Positions 27,292-41,746 of a stretch of DNA of 64,000 nt are shown piece by piece. This DNA comes from the human T2T-CHM13v2.0 reference genome, Homo sapiens. The notes beneath the pieces are model-generated. The model worked only from the letters and a program-made list of their open reading frames with translations. It did no database searches and was not told the origin of the DNA. The DNA lies in assembly GCF_009914755.1 (NCBI RefSeq), contig NC_060935.1; one strand, given 5' to 3'. Numbering within the stretch: the first letter of the stretch is position 1; each line of letters begins with the position of its first letter. Both the position numbers and the translations under genes were made by a program.

Positions 27292-29381
27292 TTTAATTTT
27301 TTCTTCTTTCAGCTTTTAAGTTCAGTGGTAAATGTGCAGCATGTATAGGTTTCTTACACAGGTAAAGATGTGCCATGGTGGTTTACTGTGCAGACCATCC
27401 CATCACCAGGTATTAAGCCCAGCATCCATTAGCTATACTTCCTGATATTTTCCCTCTCCCGATGCCTTCTGACAGGTGCTTAGTGTGTGTTGTTTACCCC
27501 CACTTGTCCATGTGTTCTCATCAATCAGCTCCCACTTGTAAATGAGAACATGTGGTATTTGTTTTCCTGTTACTGTGTTAGTTAGTTAAGAATAATGGCT
27601 TCCAACTCCCCCCATGTCACTGCAAAGGACATGATCTTATTCCTTTTTATGGCTTCGTAGTATTCCATGGTATATATGTATCACATTTTCTTTATCCAAT
27701 CTATCATTGATGGGCACTTAGGTTGATCCCATGACTTTGCTATTGTAAATAGTGCTGCAATGAACATACACATGCATGTATCTTTATAATAGAATGATGT
27801 ATATTCCTTTGAGTATATACGTGCATTTATCTTTATAATAGAATGATTTATATTCCTTTGAGTATATACCCAGTAACAGGATTTCTGAGTCAAATGATAG
27901 TTCTGCCTCTAGGTCTTTGAAGAATCACCACACTGTCAACTTCTGCAATGGTTGAACTAATTTACACTCTCAACAACAGTGTTAAAGTGTTATTTTTTTT
28001 TCCCACAACCTCACCAGTATCTGTTGTTTTTTGACTTTTTAATAATAGTCATTCTGATCGGTGTGAGATGGTATCTCATTTTGGGTTTGATTTGCATTTC
28101 TCTGATGATCAGTGATGTTGAAATTTTTTAAATATATTCGTTGGCTGCATGTATGTCTTCTTTTGAGAAGTGTCTGTTCATGTTCTTTGCCCACTTATTA
28201 ATGAGGTTGTTTTTTTTTCTTGTAAATTTGTTTAAGTTCCGTATTGAATCTGGATATTTGACCAATGTCAGATAAATAGATTGCAAAAATTTTCTCCCAT
28301 TCTCTAGGTTGTCTGTTTATTCTGATTAACAATTATTTCACTGTGCAGAAGCTCTTTCATTTAATTAGATCCCAAATGTCAATTTTTGCTTTTATTGCAA
28401 TTGCTTTGGCATTTTTGTCATGAAATCTTTGCCCTGCCCATGCCTATATCCTTAATGGTACTGCCTAGATTTTCTTCTAGGGTTTTTATCATTTGGGGTT
28501 TTACATTTAAGTTTTTAACCTGTCTTGAGTTTATTTTTGTATATGGTGTAAGGAAGTATTCCAACTTCAATTTTCTGCATGTGGATAGCTGGTTCTCCCA
28601 GCACCATTTATTAAATAGAGAATCCTTTCTCCATTGCTTGCTTTGTCAGGTTTGTCAAAGATCAGATGGCCATAGGTGTGAGGTCTTATTTCTGGGTTAT
28701 CTATTCTGTTATGTGTCTGTTTTTGTACCAGTACCATCCTGTTCTGATTATTTTACCCTTGGTATGAAGTTGGGTAGTGTGATGGCTCTAACTTTATTCT
28801 TTTTGCTTAGGACTGACTTTGCTATTCAGTCTTTTTTTTTTCCTCCATATGAATTTTTAAACAGTTTTTTTTTTTCTAATTCTGTGAAGAATGTAAGTGG
28901 TAGTTTAATGGGAACAGCATTGAATCTATAAATTACTTTGGTCAGTATGGCCACTTTCATGATGTTGATTCTTCCTATCCATGAACATGGAATATGTCTC
29001 CATTTGTTTGCATCCTCTCTAATTTCCTTCAGCAGTTGTTTGTAGTTCTCCTTAAAGAGGCCTTCACTTTCCTTGTTAGCTGTATTCCCATGTATTTTAT
29101 TCTTTTTGTAGTCATTGTGAATGAGAGTTCATTCATGATTTGGCTCTTTGCATGCCTGTTGTTGATGAATAGGAAGGAATGCTAGTTATTTTGGCAAATT
29201 GAGTTTATATCTTGAGATTTTGCTGAAGTTGCTTGTCATCTTAAGGAGTTTTTAGGCTGAGATGATGGGGTTTTCTAGATATAAGATCATATCATCTGCA
29301 TACAAAGATAATTTGACTTCCTCTCTTCTTATTTCAATACTCTTTAACCTTCCTCTTGCAAGATTGCCCTGGCCAGGATTT

Positions 29382-29384
<3 letters not shown>
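27292..29384 (-). mobile_element. L1PA (mid-age) 3' segment: 3'UTR and ORF2 3' half
   Basis: Antisense 3'UTR and ORF2 C-terminus (DTCMCMFIAALFTIAKSWDQPKCPS in 27681-27893). Confidence 0.93.
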
Positions 29385-31734
<2,350 letters not shown>

Positions 31735-31744
31735 TTTTTTTTTT

Positions 31745-32913
31745 AAACTTTAAATATTTAATTTTTATGGATACATAGTTGTACATATTTATGGGGTGCA
31801 TGTGATATTTTGATACAAGTATACAATTTATAATGACCAAATATGGGTAATTAGTATTTCTGTCACCTCAAATATTTATCATTTATTTGTGTTGGGAACA
31901 TTTCAGTTCTACTCTTCTAGTAATTTTGAAATATACAACAAATTATTGTCAAGTATAGTTGCTCTATTTTCTACCAAACACTAAATCTCATTCCTTCTAT
32001 CTAACTATACTTTTTGTATCCATTAGCCAACTCCTCGTATCCCACCTCCCAACTATATTTCCAGGTTCTGGTAACCGTAATTCTCTCTACCTCCATAAAA
32101 TTAAGTTTTTATCTCCCACATATGAGGGAAAACAGGCAATATTTGTCTTTCTGTGCCTGGTTTATTTCACCTGATATAATGTCTTCCAGTCTCATTCACA
32201 TTGTTGCAAATAACAGGATTTCAATTTTTATGGCTGGATAACATTTCATTGTGTATATGCACCAACTTTTCTTTATTAATTCATCAGTTTATGGACACAG
32301 GTTGGAACAGGAATTAAAAGAAATTTAAAAATGTGTAAGCAAGAACTTGTGTGTAAGAAAAGCCAATTCCCCCTGAGGAAGAGAAAGAGCTGAAGTCCTT
32401 TAAAAATTGACTTTCTGTTTTTCTGTGGCTAGTGAGCCTTATCTCTCCCTTTCCCAGGCATTGCGAAGACTCTGTTTCTCTAGCTGTGAAGCTGCAAAGT
32501 CACTAAACAGATAATCTCAGGTCATAAAACATGTTGTTCCTTGAAAAGTAAGAAATAATGTAATGCATGTCTTAATTGAATAACTGTCTTTGTTTCTCCC
32601 TTCTGTGATACGCTTTCCCCTGCACTAATCTCCCCCTGCCCCACAAAAAGCTTAAAAGGTAGCTTGACTCTGTTCGGGGCTCAGTCCTTTGGATGTTAAT
32701 CCGACTGGGTCGGCGCACCTAAATAATTAAATAATTCCTCCTCAACCCCTTGGTCTCTCTGATTCCTTAATTATCCCGCTGCAAGATTGAGTCTATATTT
32801 TTAGCTATTATGAACAGTGCGGCAATAAACATGAGAGAGCAGATAGCTCTTCATTATACTGATTTTCTTTCTTGTGAATATATATCCATCAGTGGAACCA
32901 CTGGATCCTATGG
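31745..32913 (-). mobile_element. L1MA 3' segment, interrupted by LTR 32303-32783
   Basis: Antisense L1MA 3'UTR (ttgtacatatttatggggtgcatgtgatattttgatac). Confidence 0.88.
32303..32783 (+). mobile_element. ERV1-class solo LTR (LTR15-like by recall)
   Basis: TG...CA termini; 4-bp TSD aggt/agat; cleanly interrupts L1MA sequence. Confidence 0.75.
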
Positions 32914-33635
32914 AAAACCACATATTCATATGCAGAAAAATAAAACTAGATCCCTATATCTCACAATATACAATATTAAATCAAAACGGATTAAAGAAGT
33001 AAATATAAAATGTAAAACAATGAAACTACTAGATAACAATATTGACAAAATGCTCCAGGACACTGGGCAAAGGTTTCTTGATAGGACCTCAAAAGTACAG
33101 GCAATCAAAGCAAAAATGGAGAAATGGGATCAAATCAAGCAAAAAAGCTTCTGTTCAAGAAAGGTAAAACTTAACAAAGTGAGTGGACAATCTAAAAAAA
33201 TGGGAGAATGCAAAGTATTCAACTGACAAGCAATTAATAACCAGAGTATATAAGGAACTCAAATAACCCAATAGCAAGAAAACCCAAAAAATCCACATTG
33301 AAAAATGGGCAAATGATCTGAATGAACCAATAACCCAATAGCAAGAAAACCCAAAAAATCCACATTGAAAAATGGGCAAATGATTTGAATGAACATTTCT
33401 CAAAAGAAGATATGGCCAACAGGTACGTGAAAAATGCTCAACATCACTAATCATCAGAAAAATGCAAATCATAATCACAATGAGCTATCATCTCACCACT
33501 ACTAAAATGGCTTATCAAACAGATAAAAAATAATGGATGCTGGCGAGGATGCAGAGAAAGGAAAATGCTCACACTGTTGGTGAGAGCGTATGTTTGTACA
33601 GCTACTACGGGCAAGAGTATGGAGGTTTCTCAAAA
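32911..33635 (+). mobile_element. Inverted 5' segment of the L1MA (ORF2 3' region)
   Basis: ggaaaac...aaactagatccctatatc...gtatggaggtttctcaaaa, sense L1 ORF2. Confidence 0.88.
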
Positions 33636-34319
33636 TAAGTTAAAATATTACTCTTATTTGATGACTTTACTTTCTAATTAGCAGCTTATTATATCTCTAT
33701 GAGATACTTAATATAGAATATGACACAAAAATCCTCTTTATGTCTACATGTTCATTCCTCAGCTTCAAGTCACTATAATAAACCAATTCAGAAGAAGTGT
33801 GAGTACAAAATCTTACACTTACAAAAGCAGTATATTTTATGTATGCCACAATCAGAAAGTTAACTTTTTCCCTTTGAAATTACAGGTGTTAATTTACTAA
33901 TAAATTCATAAATTAGTAAAATTTATTTACTAATAAATTCACACCCTTTCAACCCAGCTGCAAATTATTGTGTCTTCACAAAAGTAATATAAAATAAGAT
34001 AGAAGTTTCACAGCTAGTGAAACTAGCTAGTTTTGATGCAAATCTACCAAAGCAAAACACATGGTCTAATACTCATTCACTAATTTGATGATTCATGTCT
34101 AATTATGCACCCACTAGATGGGATGTATGCTATGCTATGCTAATTATTGTGTTTATCTGTGGTAGATGTCCGCATGCCAAAATAACCTGGCTTTTTATTT
34201 CTGTTTCCAGTAGCTCATGTTGTTTCTAAACTTTGTTATCTAGTACACTAGTTTATTATTGTTGTACCAAATTAAATTTAACTAAATGTATTTGAATTAA
34301 ATGAATATGTCATAGCTAC

Positions 34320-34641
34320 TGTCTCAGTTTGTTTGATATGCTATAATAAAGTGCCATAAACTGGGCAGCTTATAAAGAGTAATAATTTCTCAGTTTTGAA
34401 GTCTAGGAAGTCCAAAATCAAGGAGCCAGAAGATTCTGTGTCTGGTAGGGTCCACTTTCTGGTTCACAGAGTGTACCCTGTTGCTGTATCTTCACATGGT
34501 AGAAGGGACAAGGGAGACTTCTGTGCTCTTTTATAAAGGAACAAATATCAAAGGCTCCACCTAATACCATCACCTTGGTGATTTCATGATTAGGTTTCAA
34601 GATATAAATTTTTAGCAGACGCAAACATTCGGATCACAGCA
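34320..34641 (-). mobile_element. MLT1A-like solo LTR
   Basis: tgtctcagtt...aaacattcggatcacagca; TSD gctac/gctgc. Confidence 0.85.
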
Positions 34642-35201
34642 GCTGCAGATCTTCAGTATCTAAAAACTTAGAAAGTCAATAATATATTTAATGTAACAAC
34701 TAGTAGTTTCAATTAAACATGTTTGGACACGAGATCTCAGAAAATCAGAGTAGGATACTGATGACACCCTATTTTTGTTGCCGTACTCTTAGACTTGATT
34801 ATCATCAACTATTGCTCACACCTTTATTGTGGTTCCTGCCTCTTTATTTCTCAGTCTCTAAAGTTTAGTAATTAGGTGAAACCTACCACCTAAATTCATA
34901 GACCTCCTATGTAGCTAATGTTATGATTTATGTCTCTTTGCTTTAGCTCACAGATTGTTTTCTTCGTCACTAACTCTGAATTTCTGAGAGATGTCAAGCA
35001 GAGCCCAATCTAATATACAAGTTCTGGTTGCATAGCTGTACCCACTATAATTACATTTCAAAAAATGTATAGCATGATAGACTTGGGATTTGGAGGATAA
35101 AGGAGAAAGAATTTGGCAACCCCTCCATCAACACAATGAGAAATAATAAAGAGAAAGACAAAAGCTAAGGTAATATTTTTTCTACCTAGCCTGAAGGATT
35201 A

Positions 35202-35645
<444 letters not shown>

Positions 35646-36439
35646 TTACTCTATAGAGCAATGTTTCTATAAGACACTTGCAGCAGCGGCAGCAGCAATT
35701 GACACAGCTTGATGAGTAGACCAGAGGGAAAAAATGTGACTTGACTTTTTTTTGGCTTTTCTGATTCCAAATCCATGGATCTTCCTGACTGAACCAAGGA
35801 AAATGCTAACGATTATGGTGGAGTAGGAAGGCTGAGGCCTGCCCTTAGCCGATGAGGGCTGTGTTCACGTGATCTAATCTTCATCATGGGCTGGAGAGCA
35901 AGGACATTTACCCACATACTCCTGCTTCCTCTGCACATTAGCTATTCCTTATGTCCTAGCACATTTATTATATCATGTCCAGTTCCTGCTCATGTCTTTG
36001 CACATTTATTTTGAGCAAAAATATCCTTGGAAAAAATTTTAGAGGGATTATTGGGGGAAAAAAAAAAGATTAGTCAATGTCATTGCTCAGTAGTTTTGAG
36101 TCATCATTTCTTAATATGCTGGGTTTTGTAATAAAAGGAAAATATGGAGTGTCCTTGGAGTATACAGAAGTTTACACAGGTATTTAGGCCATTTGTAGAT
36201 GATTAATTTTGCAAAATTCTAAGGATAAAATAGATTTCAGGTTGATAGAATCTAAATGTTACAAGGGAAGAACCATAATAAGCTTACAAGTGGGCGTTCA
36301 GGCTGTTTATTTAGCCATTCTATTTTTCTTTATACCGGAAAAGAAAAAAACAGAGACAATGAATCTACATGGGATAAAATCCTTTGTAATGACATGACAT
36401 TCAGCACACCAAGGTTAGCTATTTTGCTACATTTACAGA

Positions 36440-36830
36440 TGATTCATTCATGCTATTTAAGAACTATTTGGGTGGCTATATTTTAGCCATGCCCATGGTA
36501 GAAGGAACAAAACAGATGTCCTCTTCTACACATGGAATTTATAATCTAAAGAGAGAGCTAAACTTCAAACAAATAACCACACTTGAATATCAATTAGAAC
36601 TATGACTCTTTCAAAAAGGTATGATATATAGTGCTCTGGGTTACAGGGAATTTGATTTATTTGTAGGGATAGGGGAATGTTTGTAAAAAGAACATGATGC
36701 TACAGCTAAAATATAGAGGTGCTTATTGCAGATAGTTGAAAAGGAGAAAAAAGAGCATTCTTGGCAGAGATTAGAATGTGCAAAGCCCCTGTGGATATAA
36801 CCAAGACAGTTGACAAAACCAGCATGTGAA
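36440..36830 (-). mobile_element. L2 remnant
   Basis: gaacaaaacagatgtcctc...catggaatttataatcta; agcattcttggcagaga...tgtgcaaagccc. Confidence 0.55.
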
Positions 36831-36944
36831 AATTAGACATTGATTCAGGGATCATTCTCCTGCCACTGATTGAGACTAAGGGAGCTGGTATTGTCAAAAA
36901 AAGTATTGTAGATAATATCAATTTATCCTTCTGAGTGCTAGGAC

Positions 36945-39900
36945 ATAAGTTCTCATCAACAAGCTCCCACTTACAAGTGAGAACTTTTGGTGCTTGGTTT
37001 TCTGTTCCTGCATTAGTTTGCTGACGATAATGACTTCTAGCTCCATCCATGTCCCTGCAAAGGACATGATCTTGTTCCATTTTATGGCTGCATAGAATTC
37101 CATGGTGTATTGTACCACATTTTCTTTATCCAGTCTATCATGGATGGGCATTTGGGTTGATTCTATGTCTTTACCATTGTGAATAGTTCTGGAATTAACA
37201 TAAGTATGCAAGTATCTTTACAATAGAACAATTTATATTCCCTTGGATATATACCCAGTAATGGGATTGCTGGATTGAATGGCATTTCTGCCTCTAGGTC
37301 TTTAAGAAATTACCACACTGTCTTGCACAATGTTTGAATTAACTTACACTCTCAGCAGTGGTGTAAAAGTGTTCCTTTTTTTCTGCAACCTCATCAGCAT
37401 CTGTTGTTTCATGACTTTTTAATTATCACCATTCTGACTGGTGTGAGATGTTATCTCACCATGGTTTAGATTTGCATTTCTCTAATGAACCATAATGTTG
37501 AGCTTTTCTTCATATGTTTGTTGGCAGTATAAATGTCTTCTTTTGAGATGTGTCTGTTGGTGTCCTTTGCCCACTTGTTAATGGGGTTGTCTCTTTTTTC
37601 TTGTAAATGTGTTTAAGTTCCTTGTAGACTCTGGATATTAGACCTTTGTCAGATGGATAGATTGCCAACATTTTCTCTTATTCTGCAGATTGTCTGTTCA
37701 CTTTGATGATAGTTTCTTTTGCTGTGCAAAAGCTCTTTTGTTTAATTAGATCCCATTTGTCAATTTTTGCTTTTCTTGCAATTGCTTTTAATGTTTTCAT
37801 GATGAAATTTTTGCCCATGCCCATGACCTGGGTACTATTGTCTAGATTTTCTTCTAGGATTTTTATTGTATTGAATTATTCATCTAAATATTTAATCCAT
37901 TTCAAGTTAAAGTTTGTATAAAGTGTAAGGAATGGGTCCAGTTTTCATTTTTTTTTTTGCATATGAACAGCCGGTTCACCCAGCATGATTTATTAAACAG
38001 GCAGTTTTTTCCCCATTGCATGTTTTGCAATGTCTGTTGACGATCAGATGGTTGTAGGTACATGGTCTTATTTCTGAGTTTTCTATTCTGTTCCATTGGT
38101 CTATTTGTCTATTTTTGTACCAGTATCAAGCTGTTTTGGTTACTCTAGCCTTGTTATACAGTTTGAAGTATGGTAGCATGATGCCTCCAGCTTTGTTCCT
38201 TTTGCTTAGGATTGTCTTGGCTATTTGGACTCTTTTTTTTTTTTTTTTTTTTTTGGTTTCATATGAAGTTTGAAATAGTTTTTCTAATACTGTGAAGAAC
38301 ATCAATGGTAGTTTAATAGGAATAGCATAAAATCTATAAATTACTTTGGGCAGTATGGCCATGTTCACGATAGTGAACATAGATGAGCATGGACTGTTTT
38401 TCCATTTGTTTGTGTCCTCTCTGATTTCCTTGAACAGTGCTTTGTAGTTCTCCTTGAAGAGGTCCTTCTCTTCCCTTGTTAGCTGTATTCCGAGGTATTT
38501 TATTCTCTTTATAGCAATTGTGAATAGGAGTTCATTCATGATTTGGTTCTGTTTGCCTGTCATTGGTGTATAGAAATGCTAGCAATTTTTGCACATTGAT
38601 TTTTTTATCCTGAGACTGCTGAAGTAGCTTACCAGGTTAAGAAGCTTTTGGGCTGAGATGATCAGGTTTTCTAGATATAGGATCGTGTCATCTGCAAAGA
38701 TAATCTGACGTCCTCTCATCCTATTTGAGTACACTTTATTTCTTTCTCTTGCCTGATTGCCTGGCCAGAACTTCCAACAGTATGTTGAATAGGAGTGGTG
38801 AAAGAGGGCATCTTTGTCTTGTGCTGGTTTTCAAGGTGAATGCTTCCAGTTTTTGTCCATTCAGCATGATGTTTGCTGTGGATTTTTCATATATGTCTCT
38901 TATTATTGAGGTAGGTTAATTTTTTCAAAAAACCAGCTCCTGGATTTGTTGATTTTTTGGTGGGTTTTGTGTGTCTCTATCTCCTTCAATTCTTCTCTGA
39001 TCTTAGTTATTCCTTGTGTTTTGCAAGCTTTTGCATTAATTTGCTCTTGCCTCTCTAGCTCCTTTAATTGTGATGTTAGTGTGTCAATTGGAGATATTGC
39101 TAGCTTTCTGATGTGAGCATTTAGTGCTAAATTTCCCTCTTAACACTGCTATGGCTGTATTCCAGAGATTCTGGTGCATTGCCTCTTTGTTCTCATTGGT
39201 TTCAAAGAACTTATTCGTTTCTGTTTTAATTTCATTATTTACTCAGGAGTCATTCAACAGCAGGTTGTTCAATTTCCATGTAGTTGTGTGGTTTTGAGTT
39301 TCTTAATCTTGAGTACCAATTTGATTGCACTGTAGTCTGAGACATTTGATTGTGATGATTCCAGTTCTTTTGCATTTGCTGAAGAGTGTTTTACTTCCTA
39401 CTATGTGATCACTATAGAATAAGTGCCATGTGGAGATAAGAAGAATGTATATTCTGTTGGTTTGGGGTGAAGAGTTCCATAGATGTCTATCCAGTACACT
39501 TAATGCAGAGCTGAGTTCAGGTCCTGAATATCTGTTATTTTTCTATCTCAGTAATCTGTCTAATACTGTCAGAGGGGTATTAAAGTCTCTGTTATTGTGT
39601 TTGACCTTAAGTGTCTTTGTAGGTTTCTAAGAATTTGCTTTATGAATCTGGGTGCTCCTGTATTGGGTGCATATGTATTTATGATAGTTAGATATTCTTG
39701 TTAAATGGAACCCTTTATATTATATAATGGCCTTCTTTGTCTTTTTAAATTGTTGTTGGTTTAAAGTGTATTTTGTCAGAAACTAGGATTGCTACCTACC
39801 CATGCTTTATTCTGTTTTCTGTTTGCTTGGTAAAGTTTCCTCCATCCCTTTATTTTGAATCTTTGTGTGTCTTTACACATGAGATAGGTCTTTTAAAGAC

Positions 39901-41746
39901 AGCATATCAATGGGTCTTGGTTCTTTATCCAGTTTGCCATTCTGTGTCTTTTAATTGAGGCATTTAGTACATTTACACTTAGGTTAGTATTGTTTTGTGT
40001 GAATTTAATTCTGTCATCATGATGCTAGCTGGTTATTTTGTAGAATTGTTTATATGGTTGCTTCATAGAGTCACTGGTCTGTATACTTCAGTGTGTTTTG
40101 GCAGTGGCTGATAATGGTTTTTCCTTTCCACAATTAGTGCTTCCTTCAGCAGCTCTTAAAAGGCAGGCCTGGTGGTGATGAATTCCCTCAACATTTGCTT
40201 GTCTGTAAAGGATCTTATTTCTCCTTTGCTTTGAAGCTTAGTTTGGCTGGATATAAAAGTCTGGGTTGGAAATTCTCTTCTTTAATGTTGAATATTGGCC
40301 CACAATCTCTTCTGGCTTGTAGGGTTTCTGCTGGGAGGTCCAGTGTTAGTCTAATGGGCTTCCCTTTGTAGGTGAACTGGCCTTTATCTCTGGCTGCTCT
40401 TAGCATTTTTTTCTTTTATATTGACCTTAGAGAAGCTGATGATTATGTGTCTTGGTGTAGATCTTCTCATGGAGTATCTTACTGGAGTTATCTGCATTTC
40501 CCGAATTTGAATGTTGGCCTGTCTTACTGGGTTTGGGAAGTAGTCCTGGATGATATCCTGAAATACATTGTCCAACTTGATTCTCTCCTCCCCATCTTTT
40601 TCAGGTATCCCAATCAGCTACAGGTTTATTCTTTTTACATAATCCCATATTTCTCAGAGGGTTTGTTTATTCATTTAATTATTTATTGTCTATTCTTGTC
40701 TGCCTGTCTTATTTCAGAAAGATAGTCTTCATGCTGACTTTTTCTTTTGTTTGGTCTGTTGTGCCATTGATACTTATGATTGTACTCTGAAGTTCTCGTG
40801 CTGTGACTTGTAGCTCCAGCAGGTCAGTTATGTTCCTCTCTAAACTGGCTATTCTGGTTATCAGCTCCTGCATTGTTTTACTATAAATCTTAGCTTCTTT
40901 GCATTGGGTTAGAACATGCTCCTTTAGCACAGCGAAGTTTGTTACTACCCACATTCTGAAGCCCACTTTTGTCAATTCTGCCACCTGAGTCTTAGCCCGG
41001 TTCTGTGCCCTTGCTGGAGAGGTGTTGTGGTCATTTGGTAGAGAAGAGGCACTTTGACATTTTGATTTTTCAATGCTTTTGCTTTGATTTTTTTCTCATC
41101 TTTGTGGACTTATCTACCTTTTGATCTTTGAGATTGTTGACCTTTGAATGGAGTCTTTTTTGTTGATGTTGTTGTCACTTTCTGTTTGTTTTTCTTTTAA
41201 CAGGCCACTCTTTCATAGGGCTGCAATTTGCTGGGAGTCTACTTCAGACACCAGTCACCTGGGTCCCTCCTGTCATCACCCCTCCACCCCCACCCCCACT
41301 CCTCCTCATTCTTTGTGGGTTGAACTGTCTACCTCATCAGTCCCAATGTGATAACCTGGATACCTCAGCTGAAAGTGCAGAATTCATTCACCATTTTCAT
41401 TTTTCTCTGTGAGAGCCGGTGACTGCAGTTGTTTCTAATTGACCATCTTTCCCCACTCCCTCCTGGACAAATATATCCAGGATGGCTTTTAATGCAGCCC
41501 AATACAAATTCACTAACTTTCTCAAAACATTATAAGACAATTTTGGTGATTTTTAAAATCACCTGTGAAGGCTGTAAAACAGCAAAATTGACTGCCTGCT
41601 CCTTCCTCTAGGAGCTCTATCTCAGGGGGACACCGACCTCATATCTGTTCAAGCACTCCTGTAGAAGGTATCTGAAGACACCTGTTGGAAGGTCTCACCC
41701 AGTCAGGAGGAATGGGATCAGGGACCCACTTAAAGAAGCCGTCTGG
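36945..41746 (-). mobile_element. L1PA (mid-age): lacks terminal 3'UTR and tail, large ORF2 deletion near 38915, rearranged 5'UTR
   Basis: ORF2 ([13 protein letters not shown] at 38126-38563); ORF2 start ~40017; ORF1 (LRAARDKGQFTYKGKPIRLT; RRSTPRHII); 5'UTR beyond ~41100. Confidence 0.93.
41476..41553 (-). mobile_element. MER30-like hAT DNA-transposon fragment
   Basis: ccaggatggcttttaatgcagcccaatacaaattcactaactttctcaaaacattat matches recalled MER30. Confidence 0.65.

Noticed and set aside
28386-28931. 181-aa hydrophobic ORF
   Set aside because: Antisense frame of L1 ORF2; T-richness mimics a membrane protein
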